Below are positions 14,856-29,100 of a stretch of 64,000 bases of DNA, piece by piece. The stretch comes from Phoronis australis. Its lineage: Eukaryota; Animalia; Phoronida. Each line of letters begins with the position of its first letter. Position 1 is the stretch's first letter. Both the position numbers and the translations under genes were made by a program. The DNA is taken from contig NMRA01000577.1 of the NCBI GenBank assembly GCA_002633005.1, forward strand, positions 203,512 through 267,511, written 5' to 3'. The notes below the pieces were generated by a model. That model saw only the letters and a list, made by a program, of their open reading frames with translations. It was not told the DNA's origin and ran no database searches.

Positions 14856-17460
14856 CAGACAAATCAAGCATTCGTCGGGTGAAACTCGTGCTGCGCAAAA
14901 CTTTACAATTCAGATGAAACCATGAACTGTGGTATGTTGATGATGGTTAACATGTTACTATTGAGCGCAAATCTTCCTATTAGCCGCAGGTCTTATATAT
15001 TTTGAGGGTTAAGGTTAGGTTAGGGTTAGACAAATGAGACAACAGAACACATGCGTTTGAGTAAGAGAAAAGTTAAAATTTCCCTGTTTGGTACAGTTCT
15101 GTGCCTTAGTCTATCTACCTTTTGAGTGTTAGAGTTATATTAGCGCTTGGTTAGGCAAATGAGACTTCAAAACACATGCATTTTAGTAGGAGAAATTTCC
15201 CTGTTTGGTACAATCCTCCGCCTTACTCAGTTTACCGCACTTTGACTTGTAATCACGTGCATGATCACCATCCTAGAACATTCAACGACAGCGCCATGCG
15301 CTTAACCCCAGGCAATACTCGCATCTGTAGCCAAGTTACCTGTCCAGCAGTAGCCTGTGCTAATCTAATGATGACTACCAACTCAATTTCAAAATTAACG
15401 ATAAATGACCAGAAGGTAACAATGTTTCACTGTAAGATTTTTAGCCCAATGGTCGTGAGCGTGACGCATAGTCCAACAAGTTTCGCTACTCTCTTTTTGT
15501 GCGTCACAAGCTAACAAAGAACTCGCTCGTTACGGCAGCGCTCAAACTTAGGCCTACATTCCTGTATGGGCACACGAGAAATGGGGCACATTGCTAGAAT
15601 CCCGTCCATTGAACTAGGTTACACTTAGACTTACATTGAACGTTCCATGGGTTTTAGCAACTACATTTGAAAGTAAGCTAATGCATTTTTCCAGCACTTT
15701 TATTTTACTACTTTTGCGAGTTCGCACAGAACATGCACCGTTGATTGACAACATGCGGTAGTTAGTCTCAGGCTAGCTGTTGTCACAACGTCAGATATCT
15801 TATGTTGGTGAGATATTTATAGCTTTCTAACCACGGTAAACTTCATTTCTAATTTTGGTTTATTGGCAAAGAAACATGACAGCATTGTTTGACCGAAATA
15901 CCGGTCAGTAAGTTACCCAGTTTGTTTCCACACATTTTACAAAAATATCAATACCCGAGTACCAAACCTGAAATGCCCACCAAGATCACGATCACGTGAT
16001 AACTTTACGAAGATATTGTCGATATTATGTACTGATAATTCCATTGTACGAAAAAATAAAACATCGTGGTAAAATTACATTAGTTTGTCAACCGTAAAAA
16101 ATACAGTTATTTTTATATCTATGGCAAGAATGATATGAAACAATTGTCGGTCACATCTCCGTCAAGTCAGTTCTGGATTTTTTTTTGTATTCAAAAGATT
16201 TTAGCAAAATTAAATTCGAGTGCTTGACTTTTGGGTCGTACTCGATCACTTTTTTCGGTTAAAGTCGATAGGCCTATCACTGATCACTGAATGCACCAAT
16301 CTAATACAGGATGACCCAGAAGTAATACCTTCAAGCTTCTTCATTAATTATTTGTAAAGAAATCGTAACCAGATTTAAAAATCATAACTCCTATGAGTGG
16401 ATCACGTTTCTACTAAGTTACAGACAATAATGCTGATTCATTATCGTTTTATTGCATGTCTAAAATTTGCTCCTGTTTTGACCGTTTTGCTGCTGCATCA
16501 CATAAGCAAGCAGCGAGCAAAGTTTTCGGTTAATCGACACTCGACTATACGACAACACGTTGATTTTGCAGGGATTTTTCACTTCAGTACCTCAGTTCTG
16601 TTTAGACTATTTGGATAGGCATGGTCTTTAAAAAACTGGACAAATAAAAATCAAATCGGATCAAGTACAATGGCTCCACATCTGTGTCGAATTTTTTCAA
16701 AACCATGTAGCCACGCATTTTCACTTTATTCGGCTAACAGTTTGTTGAAAACTAGAACGGGAGTACGCTATGGTAGTTGAAGCTGTTCATTGGTCAACAG
16801 ATGCCGCTGGTGTAAAAGGGCGTATTGCCAAATGTCCAACCTGCGTGAACTTAACGGAACATCCCGAGCATGGCATTGCCGGAATAAGAGGTCCGTTCGA
16901 TGGGATTTAAAATTAGTACCTCGGCCCATTTCACGACAGCTTGAACTTCGGCGATAACGCTGTGCAAGAGCCGCTGTCAACAAGAGGCAAATCTGATCTT
17001 TTGTGTAAATAATTAGAGCAATTGACGCATTATAGAGATGTCTTAACGAGAACAAATCAGTGTCTGAAATAAATCGATATAGCGTGTACTTCGAACTCTT
17101 TGTCTTTTGAAATAGAATTTATCGTCACAAGTTAAGTTAAGACCATTTTTACCCGAAGAAATACGACAAAAATTAGCAAAAAATAGGTGCATTAGGTTTT
17201 CGTTCTCCGTTGATGAATGGCTTTTAGTTACTATAAACTGTTGTTGAGGGGCCTGAGTGGCCAGTGGCATGAAATAGTCCCCTATTAAGAACTCAACTAT
17301 AGGTTCCCTAAATGTTTTGCGTATTTATGTCCTTCATAACTCACATATGTAAAGTTTTTATCAGATTTACCATGGTTACGAGGTCCTCTTTGACCACATT
17401 TTCTAATAATACAACTAAAAACTGAGCCCGTAGTTCAATAGTTCAATCAAAACAACAAGA

Positions 17461-17726
17461 CATGCGCGCATCCAGCCTGGGGGGCTCGAATTCTTGCCGT
17501 TGTGGACCTTTTGGTAACAAAAAGGCGGGCGGACTAAAAAAAAAAAAAAAAAAAAAAAAACGGGGCACCACTGTGAATTGCGCTTTTATNACCACTGTGA
17601 ATTGCGCTTTTATGCTGGTTTAGGCAACTTTTGTCTCATTTTTTAGGACTTTTTGTTTCTCAGAGACCTTTTTGCCCACTTCGCCAAATGGGGTTCTCGT
17701 TCGAGCTCCCCCTGGGTGCGTGCATG
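17461..17726. mobile_element. Small MITE with ~16-bp imperfect TIRs; related partial copy ~41515-41735
   Basis: CATGCGCGCATCCAG ... CTGGGTGCGTGCATG; shared interior gggggctcgaatt...tgtggaccttt...ggactaaaaaaa. Confidence 0.6.
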
Positions 17727-18334
17727 AATTAGGGACGTTGCATGAAAAGATCCCTACTTATTTTCAATAATACTGAGAATTGGACGTAGAGTACCCTCTC
17801 GATTTGTATCAAAGTCAAAAATTGGCCTAGTGATGATACGCAAACAGTAGAAGAAAGGACAAACACACAAGCCCACAAATACACAGAAGATTTAGGGAAC
17901 TTGGTCGAGTCCCTATTTGCAGTGCTGTAGTGGGACGTAGGCGCACGGAGGCGCAGCCAACCACCTTTTAGCCTTTGAACGTAGCGCCTACGCACCGTAA
18001 GTTACGTTCATTGTTCAAGGTGATGCAGTGGGCTTTGGGCGCCTCCTTACCTCTGATTTTACCACTACAGCACTGCCTATTTGAGAGTGCTTCATGCAAC
18101 CGGGCACTGGCTGCCAGTCGTCTTGCCGATGAAGAAACCCCGTTGGGCGTTTTGGTTTTTATCCATTGTCAAAACAGCTGGTTTGATGACACTCGCTTTA
18201 CGCAGGCTACAATCAAGGTCACGTACAAGTTGTACATTTTTTTGATTTTTACATATAGACCAGGTTTTCCTATTGTGTTCTTGCAGCCAATCACCTTACG
18301 CTAATTTTTTCACTTCTGTTTTTTATCTTATAAG

Positions 18335-18340
18335 TTTATT
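18335..18340 (-). terminator. Candidate polyadenylation signal (AATAAA) for the long isoform, implying ~1.7-kb 3' UTR
   Basis: tttatt on + strand downstream of the stop; an ATTAAA variant also lies near 18874; no transcript evidence. Confidence 0.3.
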
Positions 18341-20020
18341 GTTGTCCCTATATTGTTTTACATATATGCGCATATGCCCTCATCCAAATGGCGATGGTAG
18401 TGTGAAAGGCTAAGCCTGTCATTGGAAGGACGGTTTTACATCAGTTGATATCAGTCTTGGTACAGTACAGCGAAAATTGATGTAGCAAAAGTAAAAATGA
18501 CTGACTAGACACAGGGCAACTGATACATCTATCTGCTACAGAAGATGACAGGCATGAAAAGGATGCAGAATGCCAGTAATCCCAATGTAAAGTAGATGCA
18601 AGACATGCATGACACAGACAGGCTCCAAGATTGCATATCTTGACTGCAGCAGTGCACAAATAAAAACACCAGGTGGAGCTAAACACCACTTTGTTACCAT
18701 CTATACACACATACATATTTATATATACAGTGCAGTACCTTGTCTATAGTAACACCAGGCAGTTTCACATACATTCTTATACACCTCAACCAAGACGAGA
18801 TATATTTATATATACCCTAATCCGTACATCAAGATGTTGCACACAATAAGAATTGTTTGAGGCAGCAATGGCCTTTAATAATAGGAATGCACAGTACTTT
18901 TCAATAACATTTTGACAAAATCTCTTTCATGGGCCAGTGGTCCTGCCCATTTTTCACCACAGGACGAAAATTCGTTGACTTTTTGATAACTACTGTAAAC
19001 ATATGGCATTGAAACCAAGACAAACAGTTGGTAGAAACAGCTGCCTGAATAATGTATACATGACGATCAAATCAGCAGCGACCAACTGAAAACAGTAAGA
19101 TGACATCACAGTGACCTATTTTCATTAGACCAGCGGTCACTTTAGGACTTTAGACTTAAGGACAGAAATTTCGTCTCGCGATCCCACTTCACCAGTGTTG
19201 AAAGAAGGTTTAACCGAGTATTTAGGAACGCATCAGTCTAGAATAAATTTATAGAAATTCTCTCTGTAACTACCATAGCAGTTATTCGTGTATTCGCACA
19301 GAATTTGGATTTTTGCACAATTGAGATTTAGTTATTTTCCGAAATAAATTTGCAGAGCGTAAGACCAAATTTCCAATTTAAGACTTAAGACCCTATCCAT
19401 GAAATAGACCCTACGACAAAGCGCCTAGGGCAAAGCGGATGTAGACACTATTAACATGATCTTGTGAGTTTAACATTTGCAAGCACTCTTCATTTTCCTG
19501 AGCTCTTCCGATTAACTACATAAATGACCAAACTTTACAATGACGAAGACAGAAATGTTGATCTTTGACCAGCTACAAGGACAGACTGGTGAAATTTAAA
19601 TGAAGGGTGGAAGAAAAATCAAGTTCAACATTAGTAGCGAAACTGACATCTGGAGATTATAGTACAGTCTTCAGCTTATGATGCGGTGGGCATACTTACA
19701 ACACAAGGAAATGAATAACACTTTTACCTTAACACATGAGATGAGCAGCAGCTGCCAAACTTTCATACTAAAATTACCCACTCTTCTCATGATTTCTGTT
19801 AATTTCGACAAAACGAGACACTGACAAGATAACCTCGTTTACTTAAATGACTACATGACGGGTTCTTTATCATTGTGAGACATGTCACTAACGACCCCTC
19901 TTGGCCGATTCTACATCCGCTAATTCCTACTCAGAATCCACATCACTAACTCCACCTGTTGTCGTCGGTTTGTTCACGCTCCAATTTCTCCTCGTGAAGT
20001 CGTGTCACTGTCAGCCGGAT

Positions 20021-20101
20021 TTACTTCTTCCTACTTCGTGTCAAACGACGAGTTACTATACTGTGGACGTTCTCTGACTCGGGCTCAGCTGGACCAAGAT
20101 C
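20021..20101 (-). CDS. KIF20B: KIF20B-like last coding exon
   Basis: tttttgcag acceptor; [29 protein letters not shown]. Confidence 0.88.
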   Translation of the reverse strand, partial: DLGPAEPESENVHSIVTRRLTRSRKK

Positions 20102-23100
20102 CTGCAAAAAGAGAATGCATGCCAAAGATATATTCAATGGAAAAATGTCACTTGACTGAAGCTTCACCCACTGCATGACCAAACTGACACAGCCCACAAT
20201 TGGTCAGTTTTAAGAAAATAGGTCAAGGTTCATGACCCCCTGGTATAAATCACTTCTTTTAAAAGACACGTATAACATGGTTCAACTTACGCAGCAAATA
20301 AGAACAAGTGAAGATGGAATCAATTTGGAAAAACAATCATAGTGCAAGTTTGGGGAGTCTTCTGGGAACGTAAGCCAGCAATTCACACCTGAGAATCAGT
20401 CAACAATTGGTGTATTGTTGAGCAATGCGGGATAGTGTAGACTTGAGTCCCGATAACAAATCTGTGGTTGATTACTTGAAATGGTTCCAACAGGGACTCA
20501 GTTATGTTCCGTAAATTTTGTGCACATTTGTGGACTTGTGCAAACAGTGCCTATCTTCTATTGTGTTATTCTATCTTTATTCCTTAATATAAGTTGGAAG
20601 CAATCTTTCTGTCAAACAAGACTCACTGAACACACGGCTTGACTATTTTGATCCAGTTTGCATTGCTTATTATTTCATGCAAAACTTGCATTATAATTAG
20701 GGTTCATGATCCATAGTTTGTCCATCTACTACATAGACTTCGTACCGCCCAGTGGTCAGAACATATGACGAGGAAACACTCAAAATGTAAATAAGTCCAT
20801 AGACTGAAGTTTAAATTGGTCAGTCAATCCAGAACTGTGCACTAGGGCCTGTAAACCGATAGACTCCATGAGCAAAGAAACCCGCAATATTCAAGCACCA
20901 CCCAACACTGTTTTCACCAGTTACTCGCTACATTAGAGCAATTTCCATGTTAATGTCCAGTCCCCGTGGAACTCAGTGCATAAATCGCGGTGTTTAGAGG
21001 GCAGTAATGAAATGCTTAAGTTGTTTACTTGTAGAGCAAAGATCAGGGGAGCAAAACGATGTGACGCTGATGTCAAAGTCTGCTGCACGTCGATTTAACC
21101 AGAAATCAACAAGGTTCTACGATATATAATTGCCTTCCTATTCAAAAGTTGGGCAGAAACCTGCGACTTAGTTGTCCATAGTTTTTGGAGACACCACCTT
21201 GCCCACCAACACATTCAATCATTCAAACATTGTTTCATCAATTGGAAAAATACTGCCCACACCACAATAAGAGTGCATAGCAGGCTAAATGACGTACTTG
21301 TCAACTTATGACGCCTAATTAGCAATTAGCATAAATGAGCATTGAGAAAATAGAACATGCTAATGAAAGGTAAATGTTCAACGTTCTTAAAGTCTCATCA
21401 CAACATCCCCATGCATTGTGCCACGGCATGCCTCACCGTTATGTAGAACCCTGCTACAAAATGGCCAAATTAGGAACATATCTCAGAAATGACTCATCAG
21501 ACTCATTTGAAACTTTCAGATAATATGCTTTATACAAAGTTCTAAAAAAACTAATAGGAGTTGTTTTTAAAATGTTCCACTTTTACATGAGGGGCTATCA
21601 AAAATAGGACTTACATGAAAAATCTTCAAAGTTGCATAAAATGAAAACGAAATGATACCTTAGAAAGCTGTAACAGCGTTTTTGACGCCTCACCTTGAAC
21701 ATTTGTATCGAAAAAAACTTAATCATATTTTTCATACCGTCGTTTTACTATGCACGTAACCTTCTTTTTCGCTAAGTTTTACTAAAAAGACATGGTCACA
21801 TGACTTGAGTTAGGCCACCAACTGTTCCAGTCTCATCTTATTCCTATCACAGATTACAGGTGATTTCCAGGCTTAGAACAACTGACAGGATGTTATCGCT
21901 TCAGACCAGACCCATTGATCTGCTCAGTAAACAAGGACACACAAGGTTCGAAATACCAAGCAATGAGTAAAAAAACTAATCCCACATCAATTTTTGCTTT
22001 TCTCTGGTGGATTTTCTTTTTTAGAAAGTGAGCAACCAAAAACACCACAACACTGACTGAATACGTTTTTTGGCCTAAGGTGCAGTTATAAGAAATTTTT
22101 TAGAACTTTGTTCCATGAGACTATACTTCGAATACAACTTACAAAAGGTGGAGGGACAGTTAGCAAGACTGGGGCGTCCTTGTTGAGGAGTCGTTTCTTT
22201 TTCCCAGTGGTAGGGGGCGCCACCTGCGCATCGCTCTTGGACGGGGACAGGGGTGAGCGGGGAGGGCTCTTGACAGAATCCATCAATTTTTTGGCTGACT
22301 TGCCGAGCGGAGAGTTATGCATCATCTCGCCCAGCTTGGACAATGTCCTCTTACTGGACCGTGCAAAGGATGTGCGAGAGAAGCTGTCATTGGACGTCTG
22401 AAAAGGAAACAGATTAGGCATAAGATAGATGTCAGCGAGGAATGGGAATGAAATGTGCAACAACTGATTGGCAATTCCGACACGAAGTTAAGCCAAGTTG
22501 AATACTGTAGCAATTCCCAAGCAAAGTTCAGGAATTTTTGGCATGGAACCTATGGTAAAATCTCCCCAGTTTAGGATAAAATACGGTGAAAAGGTGAACC
22601 TTTACATTACTCTCGCGTATTAACAAATATATTCAAAGTAACGCTTTACTATTTTCAAAACTGTACTAACAGCTGTCTTCAGACAACATTTTGAAAATGC
22701 GCAGGTGCTCCCAACAATGTTAGAAGCCTCTTAATAGAGAAAGAGTAATTCTGGTAAATATTTTGCTAATAATTGGTAAGACTTTACTACAGTTGGGTGT
22801 TGAACTTTAACATGCAATGATTATCAGATTGTCACGATGGTTACTACATAAGCAGGGTCTCGCGTGTAAATCCTTTTTACTACAGTGAGTGATTGCGTGT
22901 GTACTCAAGGGGTACTATACAACCAAATACATGACCAAAGACCAGGGAATGACCAATGACAAAAAACGTGGAAACTTTTACGGCCCAAATCATGCGCGCT
23001 ACAATGGTCGATGTGAACCTTTCCCCGACGAAAATCGGGAGGACTAAAAAAAAAAACATTACCACCATCAGTAGCATGCATCTGCGTTCTTTTAGCTCGT

Positions 23101-26100
23101 CCGTCCACTCCCAACCCACACATTTTTGGCTGCAGAGCCGTAGTATTTGTTGCCGCGGTTTACAATAACACAAGACGCCATTGAAAATCCCGCCACGCTA
23201 TCCCAGATGCCCCGGCAATGTTGACAATTTACGTTCCTCCGAAACATAAAGAGCAACTTCCGCTTTTCGAGGTGAACGTCGTCTGCAACGCGGTAAGAAA
23301 GAGATTTGCCGCGGAAATTTTATATCAAATCCGATTTTTTTTTACGCGGAAATATAATAAAATGCGCGGACAGAACATTTGAAAAAAGCGGAAATCCGTG
23401 TTTCCGCGGAAAATTCCAACTCTGAAAGACATAGTTTCATAAGTCAGATACAGTACAAGCAAATAGGCGCAGTGTGGCCTATAGGAATAAGTGTCCCCTT
23501 CCTTCACTCAATGAAGCGTAGAAATGGTTCCGGGTGATAAATGCAATGGGTCCATTTGAGTGGCCTGCGCACGTCGGGTACAGCGTGTAGTGCCTGTGAT
23601 TATGTAATTATTTTTTAAAGCAAGTGCACTATTTGACAATATCAAATGAAAGTCAATCCATTTCACGACTGAGACAAAGCATTTCTAGAGGAATCGTCCA
23701 AGACAGCATCCTAATTGTCACGACAACCAAGTACTTGAAATGACTTCTCAAGGCCGATGGTAATTGCCCGGTATTCAGGACAATTCTTGCATATTTACCT
23801 CTTCATCAATTACGTCCTCGTGTACTTTCTTCTTGCGCCCTCTTGTGGATCGCTTCTGCTGAGAAGTTGGTTCCGGTTCAACATTCTGTGAAGTGAAGAA
23901 ATGCAATTATTTTCATCAAGTTACATTGTCAGAACGTAGTTCCATAATGAAGGATACTACAAGTATCTAATGCAGTCAAAATGGCACCATTAAAATCCCA
24001 TTTCCATTTCTGGTAATACTGATGGTATTGAAAGTATGGTTGCACAAACACTNCCCGGTATTCAGGACAATTCTTGCATGCTTACCTCTTCGTCAATTAC
24101 GTCCTCGTGTACTTTCTTCTTGCGCCCTCTTGTGGATCGCTTCTGCTGAGAAGTTGGTTCCGGTTCAACATTCTGTGAAGTGGAGAAATGCAATTTTTTC
24201 CATCAAGTTACATTGTCAGAACATAGTTCCATAATGAAGGATACTACAAGTATCTAATGCAGTCAAAATGGCACCATTAAAATCCCATTTCCATTTCTGG
24301 TTACCGTAATACTGATGGTATTGAAAGTATGGTTGCACAAACACTCAAAAATAAAAGTATTGTGCTTTAAGAGGGCAGGTCCTAGCAATTTGAAATTTAC
24401 TTCAGTTGTTTTTTTGACAACAGCCAGACTTACTTCATTGGTCGCCATCTCATGACTTCGCCTTTTACGTGCCCTTGATGTCCGTCTGTCACCTGACTCT
24501 TCACCTTGTTGCAGGGCCATCAGCTGGACCTGCAACTTCTGGTTGGCTTCACGAAGATCGGCCTCGTTTTCATCACGTGCCACCAGGACGCGCTCCAGCT
24601 GCTGACTGGTCTTCTTGTGATCCTGTATCTCTCGCTCCAGCTGGTGACGCAGTTCGGCCAAATCTTTTGATTCGTCAATCTCCTCACTGCAACTGCCAGC
24701 TGCAGCTCGGCCTCTGGTCTTACGAGTAGTACGCTGTTGGAGTTAACAAGCAGCGTGTCATCAAACAAGAAATCATAACCTTAGACAAACAAGAGTGTGA
24801 TTTTTTCTCACTCTACCCACTCCTAATTTAGTGCTATTTAGCATATGGCATCCAAAATTGAGAGAAAAAGACTTGCATTCCCATATTCCAACAAAACCTT
24901 CAGTTGATGCACTCATACATCCACGTATCAGATGATAAACTATTGGCAGTCCTATAATACACGCATCTTTCCATGTATCAGATGCTAACCATATTGACAG
25001 TCTACAATACACGCATCTTTCCATGTAACAGATGCAAATCCTGAGCCTGCCCAGTCATGTGATACAGATACACTCACTTGACCTTTGACCCCTGCAGTTC
25101 ATCCTCAAGTGAGGCCACTTTGTTCTTTAACATTTTCACCAGATACACGTACACTCACCTGATTGCCTTTTGACTCCTTTAGCAGTTGATCCTCAAGCGA
25201 GGCCACTTTGTTCTCTAACATTCTCACCAGATACACTCACCTGATTGCCTTTTGACTCCTTTAACAGTTGATCCTCAAGCGAGGCCACTTTGTTCTCTAA
25301 CATTCTCACCAGATACACTCACCTGATTGCCTTTTGACTCCTTTAACAGTTGATCCTCAAGCGAGGCCACTTTGTTCTCTAACATCTTCACTAGGTCCTC
25401 ATTCTCTCCGCTTTCCATTATGCTGGACTGGAAACAAAGAGCACCGGTCAAGAGAAGGCGTGGGAAGTGGTCAAAAGATATTATGGACAGTAGTCAACGA
25501 GAAACAAACTCACTGTTAGTTAGTGCAAAGTGTTTTGTTACCTTTACGTTAAATTGCAAGAAAACGACAATATAAGACACGTTTTCAAGATCGGGCAAAT
25601 GTTGACAAACCTTGAGGCATGTATTGATTCGAATTACTAATCCTATAAGGATACCTGAATCATTTTCTAGCTAGTACTCAAATCTTTACCTGGTTGGGTT
25701 GGTTAGCTAAGCTGGCCTTGAGCTCCTTTATCTCCTCATCCTTTTTCTGCATCACCTTCTCCAGGCTAGACACCAGCTGATCACGGTTTTCCCGCCATTC
25801 CTGGACAAACAGAGATATGACTTACAATACGCCACTACTGTAGCAATTCTCATGCGAAGGACAACAATTTTCAAACATTTTTTTAATGTTTATTACGAAA
25901 AATACAACGTACATTAATAAGAGTTAAGTCCAAGCAATAGAAAGGATTACAATTTTCTCAAGACGTCAAAAAGCCAGTTTTGTTGCAAAAATATCTCACC
26001 TGCAGCTCTGCCGCTTTTGATTTCTCCATGGAGCTGACAGTCTGTTGAAGAGACTCTACTTTGACCTCAAAGTCTCGCAACTGTTTGGCCTTCTCCTGTA

Positions 26101-29100
26101 AAGGCCAAGAAAACATGTTATTTCAATAGGCAACATCCTTCTTTTGAATACATCTCCACTAAATATGTACTTCCTGCTTTTTTCGTCATGTTTTGCTTCA
26201 CTTTAGAAACTACGAGTGGCACGCAGGCTGGCAGTCAGGTTGACATACACACAAGAAAACAGGGTATGGCGGACAGAGAAAGATCACAGGACAGGCGTGC
26301 AGACAAACTGGCAGAAAGCCGGGTACACAAACAGACAGACAGCCAAGAAAAGATGGTCTGGCAGGCAAAGAAAGAGATCACCAGACAGGTGTATAGACAG
26401 ACAGATGTACAGACAGACAAAAACAGGGTCTGGCAGGCAGAGAAGGATCATCAGACAAATGTGCAGACAGACTGTCACTGTCAAACAGACAGGCAAACAG
26501 TGAGTTCCACACACACACACTGGCTGTCAAGTGACCAGAAATACTAACAAACCTGGGATTGAAGCGGAATGTGTTTGTGGGAACAGGTACATATTTGAAG
26601 AGCAGCAAATTTGTGATCACAGTGTAACAGTCAATGAGAAAACCAGGATTAATCACCTCTTTCTCTTTTTTCAAGTGTCGTATATCTGCCTTCTTGTCCA
26701 CCACTTCTTGTTTAAGATTGTTGATCTGAGTGTTCACATCCTCACGAGACGCAACAAGTTTCTTTTTAAGTTCCTCATCCTGTGAGTTCTTTAAAGTCTC
26801 CAGCTCATGCCTGGTACCTAAGGAACAAAACAAAATGGCGTCTCACTGGAACAAAACAAAATGGCGTCTGACTAGTAAATATTTAATAACAGCAGAGGAA
26901 GCACAAACTTTCCAATCATATTGTGAATTCATTTTCATGAGTTTTTCACGGTATCATTTTCCCCGCAAGAAAGGAAAAAAGTATAGTAATTTTGTTACTG
27001 ACTGCTGCCAAACGAATGCATGAACTTGTGATATGGTTCTCAAAATGACGGGTCTGTTATTTTATGAAATATTCCAAGAATTCCCTTAAGCTTTCCCTTC
27101 TTCTTATTCCGTAGGAAAAATAGCTTCATCGTTTTGACACTAGCGATTTTATTTACTAATAATGACATTGGCAGTTAAAATTATTAATAAGTATTATGAG
27201 GCAATACTAGAACCCAGGGTGTGTCTGCATCCATTCTTATATGGCACAAAGGTGTCTCCTATTCCTCTGAGCTTGGTGTTACTAGTGAATGTATGCATGC
27301 CAAGGAAATGAATAAGAACCTGGATATAATGCAAAAGCAATTTTTGGGTTTGTGCTCATATTATTAGCCAAGGTTCCAGTAAAACCTGTTCTGCAAAATA
27401 CATACTGGAAAGAAGTTTCTCAAGTTCCTTCAGCTCGCTGTTGTTCTCGGAAACAATGGCGGCCAACTTCTGCTTTTCCTCCAGGAGTTTTTGATATTCA
27501 TCCTGACTTCTAGACTCTGTGACAATACAAGAGTTTTGAACAAATTAGACCCCCAGAAACTTTTCACGAATCACACATATTCTTAAACCAATCAAGCGAA
27601 ATGACACAATATGTTGATGAATCAACACTGACCAAAATTGTCAAAATGTATTCAGTCATATTGCATTTTCCACGATTAAAGTTTGAATTTTTTCTAATGA
27701 TCATTGTCAGGCACAAGTCAATGCATCAACTTTCAAAATGATGGTTTTTACATCGTATGTAAAATTTTCCACAACTTTTCTTTTGTTTTACCTTTTTTCA
27801 GTTTCTATAACTTTTCCAAGCACGGAAAACAACAGCTGTTCTGAACTGTTAATCTAATTCTACATTGTACATATTACGAAACACCATGTGATGGCACAAG
27901 CAATAATCCTTTTGCCCAAAACATGTATAGAATTTTGATAATTTCCTGCCACTGAAGATAATCTATCATGTTTTGAAGGGGCAACTGAATGAACAAGGCT
28001 TCTGAATCCTATTTTTAGTTTCAAAATGACCGAGTCCACTATCATGCTGGGGAGAGCACATGGAGACTTGTCACATTTTACATTAATCATTTCTGTATAA
28101 AATCGTTATTTTTCATAAGTCAAAGAATCTCTCCAGGATAACTCAAATGCATTCAATAAGGACCTTTTGCAGTGCACGGCATAAGTTGTTTGACAAATTA
28201 AAGTTTCCACATCACAACGGCTCATGCCGTGTACAACAGAAATGGTGTGCAAAGAGCCGTCATGACTAATCAATCCACCCCTCTTCAATGCTGATAAATT
28301 CCCCATAATCCTGATCGTAACCAACGACTACAATAAGTCAATTCTGCCCTTGCTCAGCTTCCAATAAAACCATTTTGTCGGACTACCTTTGGTGGGGTAT
28401 TGTACCGGGACTAAACTCTAGCACTGAAGCAACAAATTGCAGCACAACAATGTGGATACAAACCAGAGTGGACTCGTCTCAAATCTCCGAGACTCTTCTC
28501 TGCCTTGGACAGTTTCTCTTCCAGACGTGATTTGTCAGCCGACAACTTCTGTATATCTTCCACAGAGGTCATGGCTTCCATGTCTGTAAGAAAAGAGCAG
28601 AGAGTGTAGCTGAACAAACTTAAGGTTGAAAAAATTACTACTACGAAGTCTCACGAACTAGAGTACAAAATGACCTAACAAACAAAAGTGTTCTTTTATC
28701 TAAACAGGTGCTACCAATTAAGGGAACACGTTGTGCTGATAAGAGTAATGAAATTGCCAACTAGGCCTAGACTAGCTATGCACAGTTGTAGCATATCAAT
28801 GGCTAATCTTTGCATTGAGAAATCAAAGAAATGTTTGGAGCAAAATTCTATGATCATTCAAAAGATCCAAATAATTTTGACACAGGTAGACAAATTTAAA
28901 AATTTGTCAATTTCTTGAAAATTGAAACAGGCTGCACTGAAAATGAGACTTAACTCAACAATTTTGTTCACAAATTAAAAAAGTGAAAATAATTAAATTG
29001 AACAATCTGAAGCAGTAATACTGACCAGTGGTCAGTTTCTGTATTGCCTTGTCCTTGACCTCCAACAGTTTATCCTGTTTGTCCATGCAATCCTCTTGTT

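Noticed and set aside
15007-15030. ggttaaggttaggttagggttag as interstitial telomere
   Set aside because: Only about one perfect TTAGGG; part of a small local duplication.
16769-16910. Short plus-strand ORF MVVEAVHWSTD...CPTC...
   Set aside because: 46 codons, no in-frame splice context or recognisable domain.
25066-25385. Regularly spaced repeats as a CRISPR-like array (also 31643-31838)
   Set aside because: Head-to-tail tandem units without unique spacers in a eukaryotic intron; no cas genes.
26188-26547. Overlapping ORFs rich in Q/T/D/R or C/L/S/V
   Set aside because: Products of a (CAGA)n-like simple repeat; its QT dipeptides are not evidence of LC8 sites.
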